DNA from: Eledone cirrhosa
Lineage: Eukaryota
Assembly (NCBI GenBank): GCA_964016885.1
Contig: OZ024756.1
Coordinates: 41,788,001 to 41,852,000 of the forward strand
Reading direction: 5' to 3'
DNA length: 64,000 bases
Shown here piece by piece: positions 1 through 12,059 of this stretch (the first letter of the stretch is position 1; each line of letters opens with the position of its first letter). A model generated the notes under the pieces. It was given only the letters and a program-made list of their open reading frames with translations, did no database searches and was not told the DNA's origin. Both the position numbers and the translations under genes were made by a program.

Positions 1-1627
1 ATACAATATACCTTGAAAATAGAATTTGAAACTTTTGCCATTCATTAAATGACAGAAAACAGTAATATGAACCCTTTTTTCATAAAAAAAAAAAAAAAAA
101 AAAAAGGGTGCTAATGCCCACATTTTTCCATTATGTGGAGGTCCATATCCCCTAAAATTTAACATTTTCTGTTGTCCATTTAGGACCAAAGCTTCAAATT
201 CTATTTTCAAAAGTGTTCAACCACCATCACCACCGCCTCTACCACCACAACCACCACCATATTATATTTTATACATGGCTAAAAAAACAAATTAATTTTC
301 AAATTTGGTCTTATATGTTTTTCTCTTCTTTTTTAAAAAAAGTTTTTAATTTTTATTTTTGTCTTACATTGAAAACCTGCAGATTTAAAAGTTTTGTTAA
401 TGGAATGAATGTGAGGAACATGTTTCAAATATTGTTGAGAATGAAGATGTAATATCTAGTAAAAATACTAAATGCTGCAACACATTGAATATTATATCTT
501 CTTGCTAAACAGCAATAGCATGAGTTGTTGTTAACTGAGTGCTCTTACTCTTGGATATTTCCACTTAACTTTTACTTCAGTGTATGTATATATATATATC
601 AGATAGGGTATGGTCAACTCAGGAATTAGTTGGAGTGGTTGTCTTGGCTACTGTTGTTGGAGCAAAAAATAATTTTCAAAAAATAATCAAAATATTTCTT
701 CCTCTTTGGTTCTTCAGAAATCCTGGATTAAATACAAGAATAAAAAATTCAAATTAGTTGAGAAGGAAAACTGCGCAATTAAATATATGTGTGTGAGTAT
801 CCCTCTCTCTCTCTTTATATATATATATATATATAATCATCATCGTTTAACATTTATTTTTATGTACATCAAAAAAGTATGAGATACTATTCACTAAGGA
901 GGTATTATTAGGTAGAAAGTCAGAACTCATTTCTTCCTGTAGGTACTGTACATACTATTTCTTGTGACATTTCATATCCACAAACTTTCCATATGGCTAT
1001 ATATATATAAATATATATATGCATGTATTTATAAACACATTTAAAAGCAAGATAAATTTTTAATTGTAAAACAAGAATAAAATTTCAAGAAGGCTGGAAC
1101 CCCAAACGTTAATACAATAGTAAATATATTTACTACACAACCGATAATTCCTGATGGAGTTATAGGGCTATCATGGTGACACAGAGCATCTCCTAGACAT
1201 TTAAAACCTGGCAGAGCCTATTTCCTTTCCTGGTCTGAATGCAGACGAGTTCTTCCAGAGAAGAAAAAATAGGAAGTGACAAATATATATATCAAATAAT
1301 AATCTCGGTCAGTACTTGACTGGTACATTTTTTATCAACCTCAACAGGATGAAAGGCAAAGTTGACCTTGGCTGGTTTTGAAAAGAGACACAGAGAATCA
1401 GAACAAATACTGCAAAAGCAATACACTGTTCTAATGACTTTGTCAATTTGTCACTTGCACATGACTAACTTAGCACAGGGTAAATACTTCTCACAGCCAT
1501 TTCTTTTCCTATTGTTTCTTTTACTACTTCTTGTCTCCCCTAATTTTACTGCCCTACCTACTTTGTTTTGCTGTTTACTACATCTGCCTACCACCTCTTT
1601 CTAAACAATAGTACTAAAAGTTCTTTT

Positions 1628-1640
1628 GATATATATATAT

Positions 1641-1673
<33 letters not shown>

Positions 1674-2014
1674 TATACATACATACATATATATATACAT
1701 ATATACATACATATATATATATACATACATACATATATATATACATATATATATATATACATATATATACATACATATATATATATATATACATACATAT
1801 ATATATACATATATATACATACATATACATATATATATATATACATATATATACATACATATACATACATACATATATATATACATACATATATATATAT
1901 ATACATACATATATATATATACATACATATATATATACATACATATATATATACATATATACATACATACATATATATATACATATATACATACATACAT
2001 ATATATATACATAT

Positions 2015-2051
<37 letters not shown>

Positions 2052-2252
2052 CATACATATATATATATACATATATATACATACATATATATATACATAC
2101 ATATATATATACATACATATATATATACATACATATATATATACATACATATATATATACATACATATATATATACATACATATATATATATATACATAC
2201 ATATATATATATATACATACATATATATATATACATACATACATACATATAC

Positions 2253-2323
<71 letters not shown>

Positions 2324-2388
2324 CATATATATACATACATACATATATATATATACATACATATATATATATATACATACATACATAC

Positions 2389-2421
<33 letters not shown>

Positions 2422-2598
2422 CATACATATATATATATATACATACATATATATATACATACATATATATATATACATACATACATATATACATATACAT
2501 ACATACATATATATACATACATACATATATACATATACATACATACATATATATACATACATACATATATATATACATACATATATATATATACATAC
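1628..2598. repeat. Compound (TA)n/(TACA)n microsatellite
   Basis: Direct inspection. Confidence 0.95.
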
Positions 2599-3012
2599 AT
2601 GGTGGCTGCCAACTCGTTTTCGAGTACGGCCACTACTTTATATCCATGTAGGAGAACCCCTACCGATGCGCTGAACGAGTGTGACTTTTTAGTCCAGCCA
2701 GCGACTTGAAAACTCTGGTACAAACACTACACTTGTGACAATTACTGACACATAGTGCTGGGCCCATGGTACCATGTGACGACAAGTGCAGAGAGATCTC
2801 CAGATATAAAGCAATGCCTGTGCCGTGAAGCTTTTATAGTGAGCAAAGGCACTGCACAAAGCCAGTCCCACTCTCTTAACCAAGATGATATTTACCAAAA
2901 AGAAGAACAAGTCAACATCATTGGATACCATCAGGGTTGCAGGTGTTATATCAGAGTTTTCCTTCTCCTAGAATTCTGCCTTGACAAAGGCTAAGGGGTC
3001 ATCTCTCCCGGA
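2598..3012 (-). mobile_element. Non-autonomous RTE-derived element, copy 1 (5'UTR-like motif plus 3' C2H2 tail)
   Basis: CTAGGAGAAGGAAAACTCTGA motif and terminal [25 protein letters not shown] (2737-2660); tail runs into (TACA/TA)n. Confidence 0.6.
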
Positions 3013-3412
3013 CATACATACATACATACATACATACATACATACATACATACATACATACATACACACACACAAACATACAAACATACACACAAACATA
3101 CATACAGGTACAACCAATACTGCCAATTCACCGTCCTTCATTAAAGCATGAAAAACAGTAAATGTACCTGTATTGTTGTATATTGTAAGGGTCATGGGGT
3201 TCATTTCTTAAACATACACAGAATTAAGTTGAATAATTTATAAGCTCTTATCATACAGGATTTATTGTAAAAATGAATGCAGGTGTCACCAAAAAAATGT
3301 ATACATACTTTGAATACATGTACGGGCAATATAGCACCAACTGATGACCTAACATATACATATACACACATACATATATACACACATATACACATGCATA
3401 CATATATACACA

Positions 3413-3870
3413 CATGGTGGTGGCTGCCAACTCGTTTTCGAGTACGGCCACTACTTTATATCCATGTAGGAGAACTCCTACCGATACGCTGAACGAGTGT
3501 GACTTTTTAGTCCAGCCAGCGACTTGAAAACTCTGGTACTAACACTACACTTGTGACAATTATTGATACAGTGCTAGGCCCATGGTACCATGTGACGACA
3601 AGTTCAGAGAGATCTCCAGATATAAAGCAATGCCTGTGCCATGAAGCTTTTATAGTGAGCAAAGGCACTGCACAAAGCCAGTCCCACTCTCTTAACCAAG
3701 ATGATATTTACCAAAAAGAACAAGTCAACATCATTGGATACCATGAGGGCTGCAGGTGTTATATCAGAGTTTTCCTTCTCCTAGAATTCTGCCTTGACAA
3801 AGGCTAAGGGGTCATCTCTCCCGGTGATTTTGGATGGCTATTGACTCTTAAGAGCTCCTTTGCCCTTTGT
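3413..3870 (-). mobile_element. Non-autonomous RTE-derived element, copy 2
   Basis: Near-identical direct copy of 2598-3012 with ~45 nt of extra 5' sequence. Confidence 0.6.
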
Positions 3871-4460
3871 ATATATACATACATACATATATACATACAT
3901 ACATATATATACACATACATACATATATATACACATACATACATATATATACACATACATATATATATACACATACATATATATATACATACATATATAT
4001 ATACATACATATATATATACATACATATATATATATACATACATATATATATATACATACATATATATATACACATACATATATATATACATACATATAT
4101 ATATATATGTTGTTCACTTGTCCTCCCTCGCTTTACGCGATTTTCTGGTCCCAATAACTTATTTTAGTTATTGCTCGCACCAGCCTGAGGTATCTGATTT
4201 TTAATGCGATGAAATACCAATGATGGTTGGAAAATCACTGACGAAGGACTATTTTTATGATATGTAACCCATGTGCAACCACGCAGTATTCTTCTTTCTT
4301 CTCATGTTTTTTATATATATATATATGTATATATATGTATTTACATATATGTATACATATATATAAATACATATATATATATATATATATACATATATGT
4401 ATACATATATATAAATACATATATATATATATATATACATATATGTATACATATATATAA

Positions 4461-4497
<37 letters not shown>

Positions 4498-5231
4498 TAT
4501 CTACACACAGAGGTATTATTTTACAAACAACAGACAAACAAACAAAACAGTAACTAATGTATAAATATGCCAAAATAAAGCAACTAACCCATTTTGAAAT
4601 AAAGATGACTTTTGTCTATGGCATGGATGAAATACTCAGGCCAGAGTATTTTTCAGTGCTTGTCATGGGCCACTGTAATAAGAATAATTGTGATAACATC
4701 AACAACAACATCAATAATAATAATAATTGTTTCTACTTTTGGCACAAGGCCAGCAATTACCCAGTACATTACTGGTACTTTATTTTATCGACTCCGTAAG
4801 GATGAAAGGCAAAGTTAACGTCGACGGGATTTCAACTCAGATACTGCCAATCTACAATAATAATAATAATTATTATGGTGGTGCTGGGTTATAGCGGTGG
4901 TGATTGTGCTGGGTTACAGTTGTTTCCAACTTATGATATTCTATATATCCCGAAGGCCAGATATATATTGTTTTTTTGGCAGAGAATTTTTGCTGATTAG
5001 AATGTTAAAGGGTTAAAAGAGAAATACTGAAATCTAAAATATATCTCGGTTGTTTATTTTGTGAATATTTTGGGCTAAAAAAGTCAAAAGTTTGTCTCGA
5101 GCCTGGAGGCTCATTAGGCCGGTGATTGTGCTGGTTTACTTGGTATTAAGGTCCTGAGAGAACAAGAACCCCACCTCCTGGTCAGGGCACCAGTCTATAG
5201 GAAGGTTAAATCCTCACCTACAGCTAGTACT

Positions 5232-5710
5232 CATATCTCATGTGGCCCAACTTATCATGAGTTATATCTCATGTAGCCTGCCTTATGATGAACCATACCT
5301 CATCTGGCCCACTTTATGATCAGTCATATCTCATGTGACCCACCTTATGATCAGTCATATCTCATGTGACCCATCTTATGATGAGCCATATCTCATGTGA
5401 CCCACCTTATGATCAGTCATATCTCATGTGATCCACTTTATGATCAGTCATATCTCATGTGACCCACCTTATGATCAGTCATATCTCATGTGACCCATCT
5501 TATGATGAGCCATATCTCATGACCCACCTTATGATCAGTCATATCTCATCTGACCCACTTTATGATCAGTCATATCTCATGTGACCCACCTTATGATCAG
5601 TCATATCTCATGTGACCCATCTTATGATGAGCCATATCTCATGTGACCCACCTTATGATCAGTCATATCTCATGTGGCTCACCTTATAATGAACCATATC
5701 TCATGTGGTC
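5232..5710. repeat. 31-bp minisatellite (catatctcatgtgacccaccttatgatcagt), ~15 copies
   Basis: Direct inspection. Confidence 0.95.
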
Positions 5711-5853
5711 CATTGCTCTGAAAAGATTACCTATTCCTGCTCGAAATCATCCATTTCAGTCGGTTTCAAGAGGTAAAAATGTGTAATCCTGTACTATTCA
5801 GTTATTTTTTTTCTAACGATTTTCAAAATTCTAAGAAAACCAAAGAGACATAC

Positions 5854-5939
5854 CTGTGTTGTTAAATTATGTGTTGTCACTGATGTAAAATATTGTTGTA
5901 TCTTCGTAGTTCGTTGCCTGGTTGTTCTGCGACTGGAAA
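5854..5939 (-). CDS. Properdin-like exon 11: Thr/Arg-rich tail (VSSRRTTRQRTTKIQQYFTSVTTHNLTTQ); further 3' exon(s) unresolved
   Basis: ttttttcag acceptor, gtatgt donor, open in the phase required by exon 10. Confidence 0.6.
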
Positions 5940-6680
5940 CTGAAAAAATAAACAACAGCAACTATAATAATTTGTTATCCTTTCAGGGTGTTGGATTGAC
6001 AGAATCGGTAGAGTGTCAGATAAAATACCATTGTGGTATTTGTTCTGGCTTTTTACATTCTCAGTTCAAATCCCACTACGGTCAACTTTACTTTCATTCT
6101 TCTGAGGTTGATCAAATAAAGTGGCAATCAAGTACTGGGGTTTATTTAACTCTTAAATATTTACATTACTCTATATATACTATTTTCAGGGTAAAGGATT
6201 TACCTCACATAATATCGAATCTATGAGATTTTTATGTTATTTATTTTGAGATAATATGAGATAATATTTATTTTGAACAGAATACTTCATTAGAAATAGG
6301 TTCACGAAAGGGTTAAAAGTTCAGTATGAGTGGCCAGTTATGGCTGGTTTGAACAGAAAGAGATGAGGGATTTCTGACCAGATACAGCCGCTAATGGGTT
6401 AAACAACTTTGCCCTTCTCCCAAATTTGTTGGCCTTGTGTCTAAATTAGAAATCAATATTTGATGCCACAGATTGGCAGAATTGGTAGAGGTTCGGTTAA
6501 AAATGCCCTAAGGAATACCATATGTCAATATGGCACCCCTACAATTCCCTCAGGAGTTACAGGTCCATACCACTGTAAAACATGGGCAGAATACTTCATT
6601 AGAAATAGGTTCACGAAAGGGTTAAAAGTTAGATATGTTAACAGACCCTTCTAAAAAGGGGTCATAATGCTGGTTCTTAC

Positions 6681-6734
6681 CTATCTTTTTACAGAAAGGT
6701 TGGTCAGCACATTTCCGTATTACTTCACTGGCAC
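6681..6734 (-). CDS. Properdin-like exon 10: TSR6 C-part (GASEVIRKCADQPFCKKI)
   Basis: 54-nt exon, tttcag/gtaaga, supplies the last two Cys of TSR6, phase 1/1. Confidence 0.8.
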
Positions 6735-7411
6735 CTGAAAAATATGGCGAGACACAGAAGATGAAAAGATTTGGTTTAGAGGGGAGGGGACTATTATAAC
6801 AGGTATAGAAAAGGTAAGAAGCGGAGGGTTTGGTTTAGAGGTGAGCAGATTATTGTAACAGGAAGGGTTCGGTTTAAAGGGGAGGGGACTATTGTAACAG
6901 GTATAGAAAAGGTAAGAAGAAAAAGAAGAAAAAAAACAGCTCTGTAATAAAAAAAGATGTTCAACTGTATGATTCCTCGAAATACGTGTTTGTCAGAACC
7001 AACAACACTGGATACGTTAAGAAAGTGTATGAAATGGAGGAAGAAAATCTACAGATACTATGTTTGTATGATCATATTTATTGTATAATACATATTTCAA
7101 TGACACCAGTTTTATAGTCATTATGCAATCATTACAACAGCAATTGACACCGCTGTGACATCAGATGTTAACACATTTATGTGAAGAAATTTGGGTAAGT
7201 TGATATGTGACAGGCAAATGCTGGCTTCCAAGTTTGTGAAATTCCAGTGAACATACGACTTGGCAAATATTTTTTTCTTCCTTTATTTTTCGTATGGCAT
7301 TGGTAACTATTTTCTAATTGGTGGATTCTGTAAACTCTAGGATGTGTTAATTAATTCAAATGTTGACAGCTAATAAATGTTGTGGTAAGGTTCAACTTAA
7401 GCTTTATCTGT

Positions 7412-7447
<36 letters not shown>

Positions 7448-7541
7448 TATATACATACATACCCCCATCACCATTTAATGGCTATTTTCCATGCTTGCAT
7501 ATGTTAGAGAGGCTGTCACATTTTGAGGCGACACAAGTCTG

Positions 7542-7594
<53 letters not shown>

Positions 7595-8360
7595 TCAGAT
7601 ACACACACACATATATGGTATGCATTTATTTACAGAGATATAAATATTTCTTAACAGTTGGACAGAAAACATTACATCATTTGAATAGTGAATGTAAATA
7701 TTTATGTCTGTGAGTGTGTATATGTGGTATACGTTACTGTATGTATATGTGTATTTGCATGCTTATCTATATGTATATATGTGTGTGAGCTTGTATATAT
7801 ATATATATGAGTTACTGTATATGTGAGCTGCTGTATTTATATGCAAGTTGCTGTATGTGGATTGGTGTAGGTGCCAAATTCCATTCTCTCTATATGTGTA
7901 ATACCAAGAGCATATATAATGCTAGGTGTATATATAACACCAGTGTATATATAACACCAGTGTATATATAACACCAGTGTATATATAACACCAGTGTATA
8001 TATAATACTAGTGTATATATAACACCAGTGTATATATAACACCAGTGTATATATAACACCAGTGTATATATAATACCAGTGTATATATAACACCAGTGTA
8101 TATATAACACCAGTGTATATATAATACTAGTGTATATATAACACCAGTGTATATATAACACCAGTGTATATATAATACCAGTGTATATATAACACCAGTG
8201 TATATATAACACCAGTGTATATATAACACCAGTGTATATATAACACCAGTGTATATATAACACCAGTGTATATATAACACCAGTGTATATATAACACCAG
8301 TGTATATATAACACTAGTGTATATATAACACCAGTGTATATATAACACCAGTGTATATAT

Positions 8361-8548
8361 AATTGTTTCTACTTTTGGCACAAGGCCAGCAATTACTCAG
8401 TGCATTACTGGTACTTTATTTTATCGACCCCGTAAGGATGAAAGACAAAGTCAACCTCGGCGGGATTTGAACTCAGATCGTAAAGGGACGTAACTATGCT
8501 GGAAAGCATGGCGTCCGACCCTCTACCGATACTGCCAATCCACCGCCC
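8361..8548 (-). mobile_element. tRNA-headed SINE (family 1), full length
   Basis: Reverse complement of GGCGGTGGATTGGCAGTATCGGTAGAG...GAGTTCAAATCC...CATCCTTACGGGGTCGATAAAATAAAGTACCAG...GTAGAAACAATT; inserted in the 19-bp minisatellite. Confidence 0.85.
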
Positions 8549-8816
8549 AATCCACCAGTGTATACATAACACCAGTGTATACATAACACCAGTGTATACA
8601 TAACACCAGTGTATATATAATACCAGTGTATATATAACACCAGTGTATATATAACACCAGTGTATTATATATACACTGGTATTATATATACACTGGTGTT
8701 ATATATACACTGGTGTTATATATACACTGGTGTTATATATACACTGGTGTTATATATACACTGGTGTTATATATACACTGGTGTTATATATACACCTAGC
8801 ATTATATATGCTCTTG

Positions 8817-8998
8817 ACGGTGGATTGGCAGTATCAGTAGAGAGTCGGACGCCATGCTTTCCAGCATAGTTACGTCCCTTTACGGTCTGAGTTCAAATCC
8901 CGCCGAGGTTAACTTTGCTTTCATCCTTACGGGGTCGATAAAATAAAGAACCAGTAATGTACTGGGTAATTGCTGGCCTTGTGCCAAAAGTAGAAACA
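8817..8998 (+). mobile_element. tRNA-headed SINE (family 1) with 16-bp TSD attatatatgctcttg
   Basis: A-box-like TGGCAGTATCAGTAGAG, B-box GTTCAAATCC; TSD at 8801-8816 and 8999-9014. Confidence 0.9.
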
Positions 8999-9107
8999 AT
9001 TATATATGCTCTTGGTATTACACATATAGAGAGAATGGAATTTGGCACCTACACCAATCCACATACAGCAACTTGCATATAAATACAGCAGCTCACATAT
9101 ACAGTAA

Positions 9108-9141
<34 letters not shown>

Positions 9142-9487
9142 AGCTCACACACATATATACATATAGATAAGCATGCAAATACACACATACATACAGTAAC
9201 GTATACCACATGTACCACATGTACTTTCCCTGGAGTGTCAGCTGTACTTTTACTAGAAAAGCTACTGACTGGTTTTAGGAATGAAGTAAGTTATTCAATG
9301 CTAACCATTACAATGTAGTCTGTCTCAGATGGTTTAACTTTTAACTACCAATTGACCAGATGGCAGCACCAGTTTCTGAAATATAGGAAATCACTAACCC
9401 CCCTCTCACCCCCACACACCCCCTGAAAAAGAAAAAAAAGAATCAAATCAAATAAAAACAACAACCAAACAGAATACAATTCTTTAC

Positions 9488-9625
9488 CTTCAGGACATGG
9501 TTTTCCTCCATGCTGACTTTTCGGACATGCACACTTTCTCATTCTACTTTCTGTGGCGTCGGGTAAATAACATTTGTCAGGAGAGCAATGAGTCCACTGT
9601 GACCACTGGCACCACTTACCATTAA
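9488..9625 (-). CDS. Properdin-like exon 9: TSR6 N-part ([46 protein letters not shown])
   Basis: WxxWxxW motif, cag/gtaaag boundaries, phase 1/1. Confidence 0.9.
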
Positions 9626-9727
9626 CTGGACACACGGAATAGAAGAAGAAAAGAGAAGAGAAGAAAGAAACATTTTAGATAAGGAATATATGTAGGACTA
9701 TCTCTCGGACTTTTAAGTGCTGAGAAT

Positions 9728-10580
9728 CATCATCACCACCATCACCAGCACCACCATCACCACCATCACCAGCACCACCATCACCACCATCACCAGCACC
9801 ACCATCACCAGCACCACCACCACCACCACCACCATCATCACCATCGTCACCATCACCATCACCATCATCACCATCGTCACCATCACCATCACCATCACCA
9901 GCACCATCACCAGCACCACCATCACCATCGTCACCATCACCATCACCACCATCACCATCACCAGCACCACCACCACCACCACCATCACCACCATCATCAC
10001 CATCGTCACCATCACCAGCACCACCATCACCACCATCACCAGCACCACCACCATCACCAGCATCACCATCACCACCACCAGCACCACCATCACCATCACC
10101 ACCATCACCAGCATCACCATCACCACCACCAGCACCACCATCACCACCATCACCATCACCACCATCACCACCATCACCATCACCACCACCAGCATCACCA
10201 TCACCACCACCAGCACCACCATCACCACCAGCACCACCATCACCACCATCACCACCATCACCACCATCACCATCACCACCATCACCACCATCACCATCAC
10301 CACCATCACCGCCATCACCATCACCACCATCACCACCATCACCAGCATCACCATCACCACCACCAGCACCACCACCAGCACCACCATCACCACCATCACC
10401 ACCATCACCAGTATCACCATCACCACCATCACCATCGTCATCATCATCATCATCACCATCACCACCACCACCACCATCACCATCATCACCATCGTCACCA
10501 TCACCATCATCACCATCACCATCACCACCACCACCATCACCAGCACCACCATCACCACCACCACCACCACCACTACCATC
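9728..10580. repeat. Cryptic (CAC/CAT/CAG)n trinucleotide tract
   Basis: Direct inspection; intronic. Confidence 0.95.
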
Positions 10581-10614
10581 CTCAACAGTATATATATAAA
10601 TATACTGTTAACAT

Positions 10615-10980
10615 CTTGTGTAAGTGAGTGTATATATATATACTGTGTAAGTGAGTGTATATATATATACTGTGTAAGTGAGTGTATATATATACTGTGT
10701 AAGTGAGTGTATATATATATACTGTGTAAGTGAGTGTATATATATACTGTGTAAGTGAGTGTATATATATACTGTGTAAGTGAGTGTATATATATACTGT
10801 GTAAGTGAGTGTATATATATACTGTGTAAGTGAGTGTATATATATACTGTGTAAGTGAGTGTATATATATATACTGTGTAAGTGAGTGTATATATATACT
10901 GTGTAAGTGAGTGTATATATATACTGTGTAAGTGAGTGTATATATGTATATACTGTGTAAGTGAGTGTATATAAATATAC
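10615..10980. repeat. 27-29-bp minisatellite (tactgtgtaagtgagtgtatatata)
   Basis: Direct inspection. Confidence 0.9.
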
Positions 10981-11072
10981 TGTTAACAATTTGTCCCAAG
11001 TGTGTATATATGTTAACATTCTGTACAAGTGTATATATAGATATGTGTATATGTTAACATCCTGTACAAGTG

Positions 11073-11106
<34 letters not shown>

Positions 11107-11154
11107 TGTTAACATCATGTACAAGTATATATATATAAACATTCTGTACAAGTG

Positions 11155-11189
<35 letters not shown>

Positions 11190-11387
11190 GTTAACATCAT
11201 GTACAAGTATATATATATATTAACATCCTGTACAAGTGTATATATATACACTTGTATAAGATGTTAATGACATGTTTATATACACTATATACATATATCT
11301 ATATACACTCACACAAGATGTTAACATATCTTTATATACACTTGTTTAAGATGTTAATGACATCTATATACAGTTGTACATGATGTT

Positions 11388-11802
11388 ATCATCATCACCA
11401 TCATCACCGTTTTACGTCCGTTCTTCCACGCTAACATGGGTTAGACGGGTTGTCCTGTTGTGTGCAGTGTCTGGTCGGCTGACCATGCCTTGCTCATACA
11501 GGAACTGATCTGGCTTGATTTCTACAGCTGGATGCCCTTCCTAACACCAACCTCATTTACAGTGAGTGCTGGGTGCTTTTTCGTGGAGCCTACACGTCCA
11601 CTTTACAGTGTGGGCTGGGTGCTTTTTTGCCGTGGCACCTCCACGACCACCTTGCGGTGGGGGGGGGGGGAGTGGGGGCGTATTGTTTATATGCTTCAGC
11701 ATGTACCCATGGGAGGTCGGGTACCCTGTATTACTGCGTGACGCCAGAAGTCACGGTCGTGTGTCATTGACTTTGAGAGGTGTAGTTGGGTAAGGTCGGC
11801 TT
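11388..11802 (-). mobile_element. 5'-truncated RTE-clade LINE 3' end (family 2)
   Basis: Minus strand reads ADLTQLHLSKSMTHDRDFWRHAV (DL…DRxxWR RTE C-terminus), then a 3'UTR ending …GGACGTAAAACGGTGATGATG. Confidence 0.65.
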
Positions 11803-11803
11803 T

Positions 11804-11835
<32 letters not shown>

Positions 11836-11844
11836 GTCGGCTTT

Positions 11845-11886
<42 letters not shown>

Positions 11887-12059
11887 CTTGTACAGGATGT
11901 TAATATATATATATACACTTGTACATGATGTTAACATATATATATATATATTAACATCATGTACAAGTGTATATAGATGTCATTAACATCTTAAACAAGT
12001 GTATATAGATATATGTTAACATCTTGTGTAAGTGTATATAGATATATGTATATAGTGTA

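Larger units (their letters stand above)
7720..9211. repeat. Large fold-back: ~200-bp inverted arms enclosing a 19-bp minisatellite (acaccagtgtatatata) that flips strand near 8666
   Basis: 7720-7920 is the reverse complement of 8999-9211. Confidence 0.9.

Noticed and set aside
13-210. Imperfect inverted repeat at the window start
   Set aside because: Probably an old MITE, but TIR/TSD are too degenerate to classify
1568-4494. YIHT/MYVC-type ORFs, also at 16300-17200, 29400-30900, 33800-36300 and 60732
   Set aside because: (TA)n/(TACA)n microsatellite translations
9713-10999. Thr/Ile- and Val/Met-rich ORFs
   Set aside because: (CAC/CAT)n simple repeat
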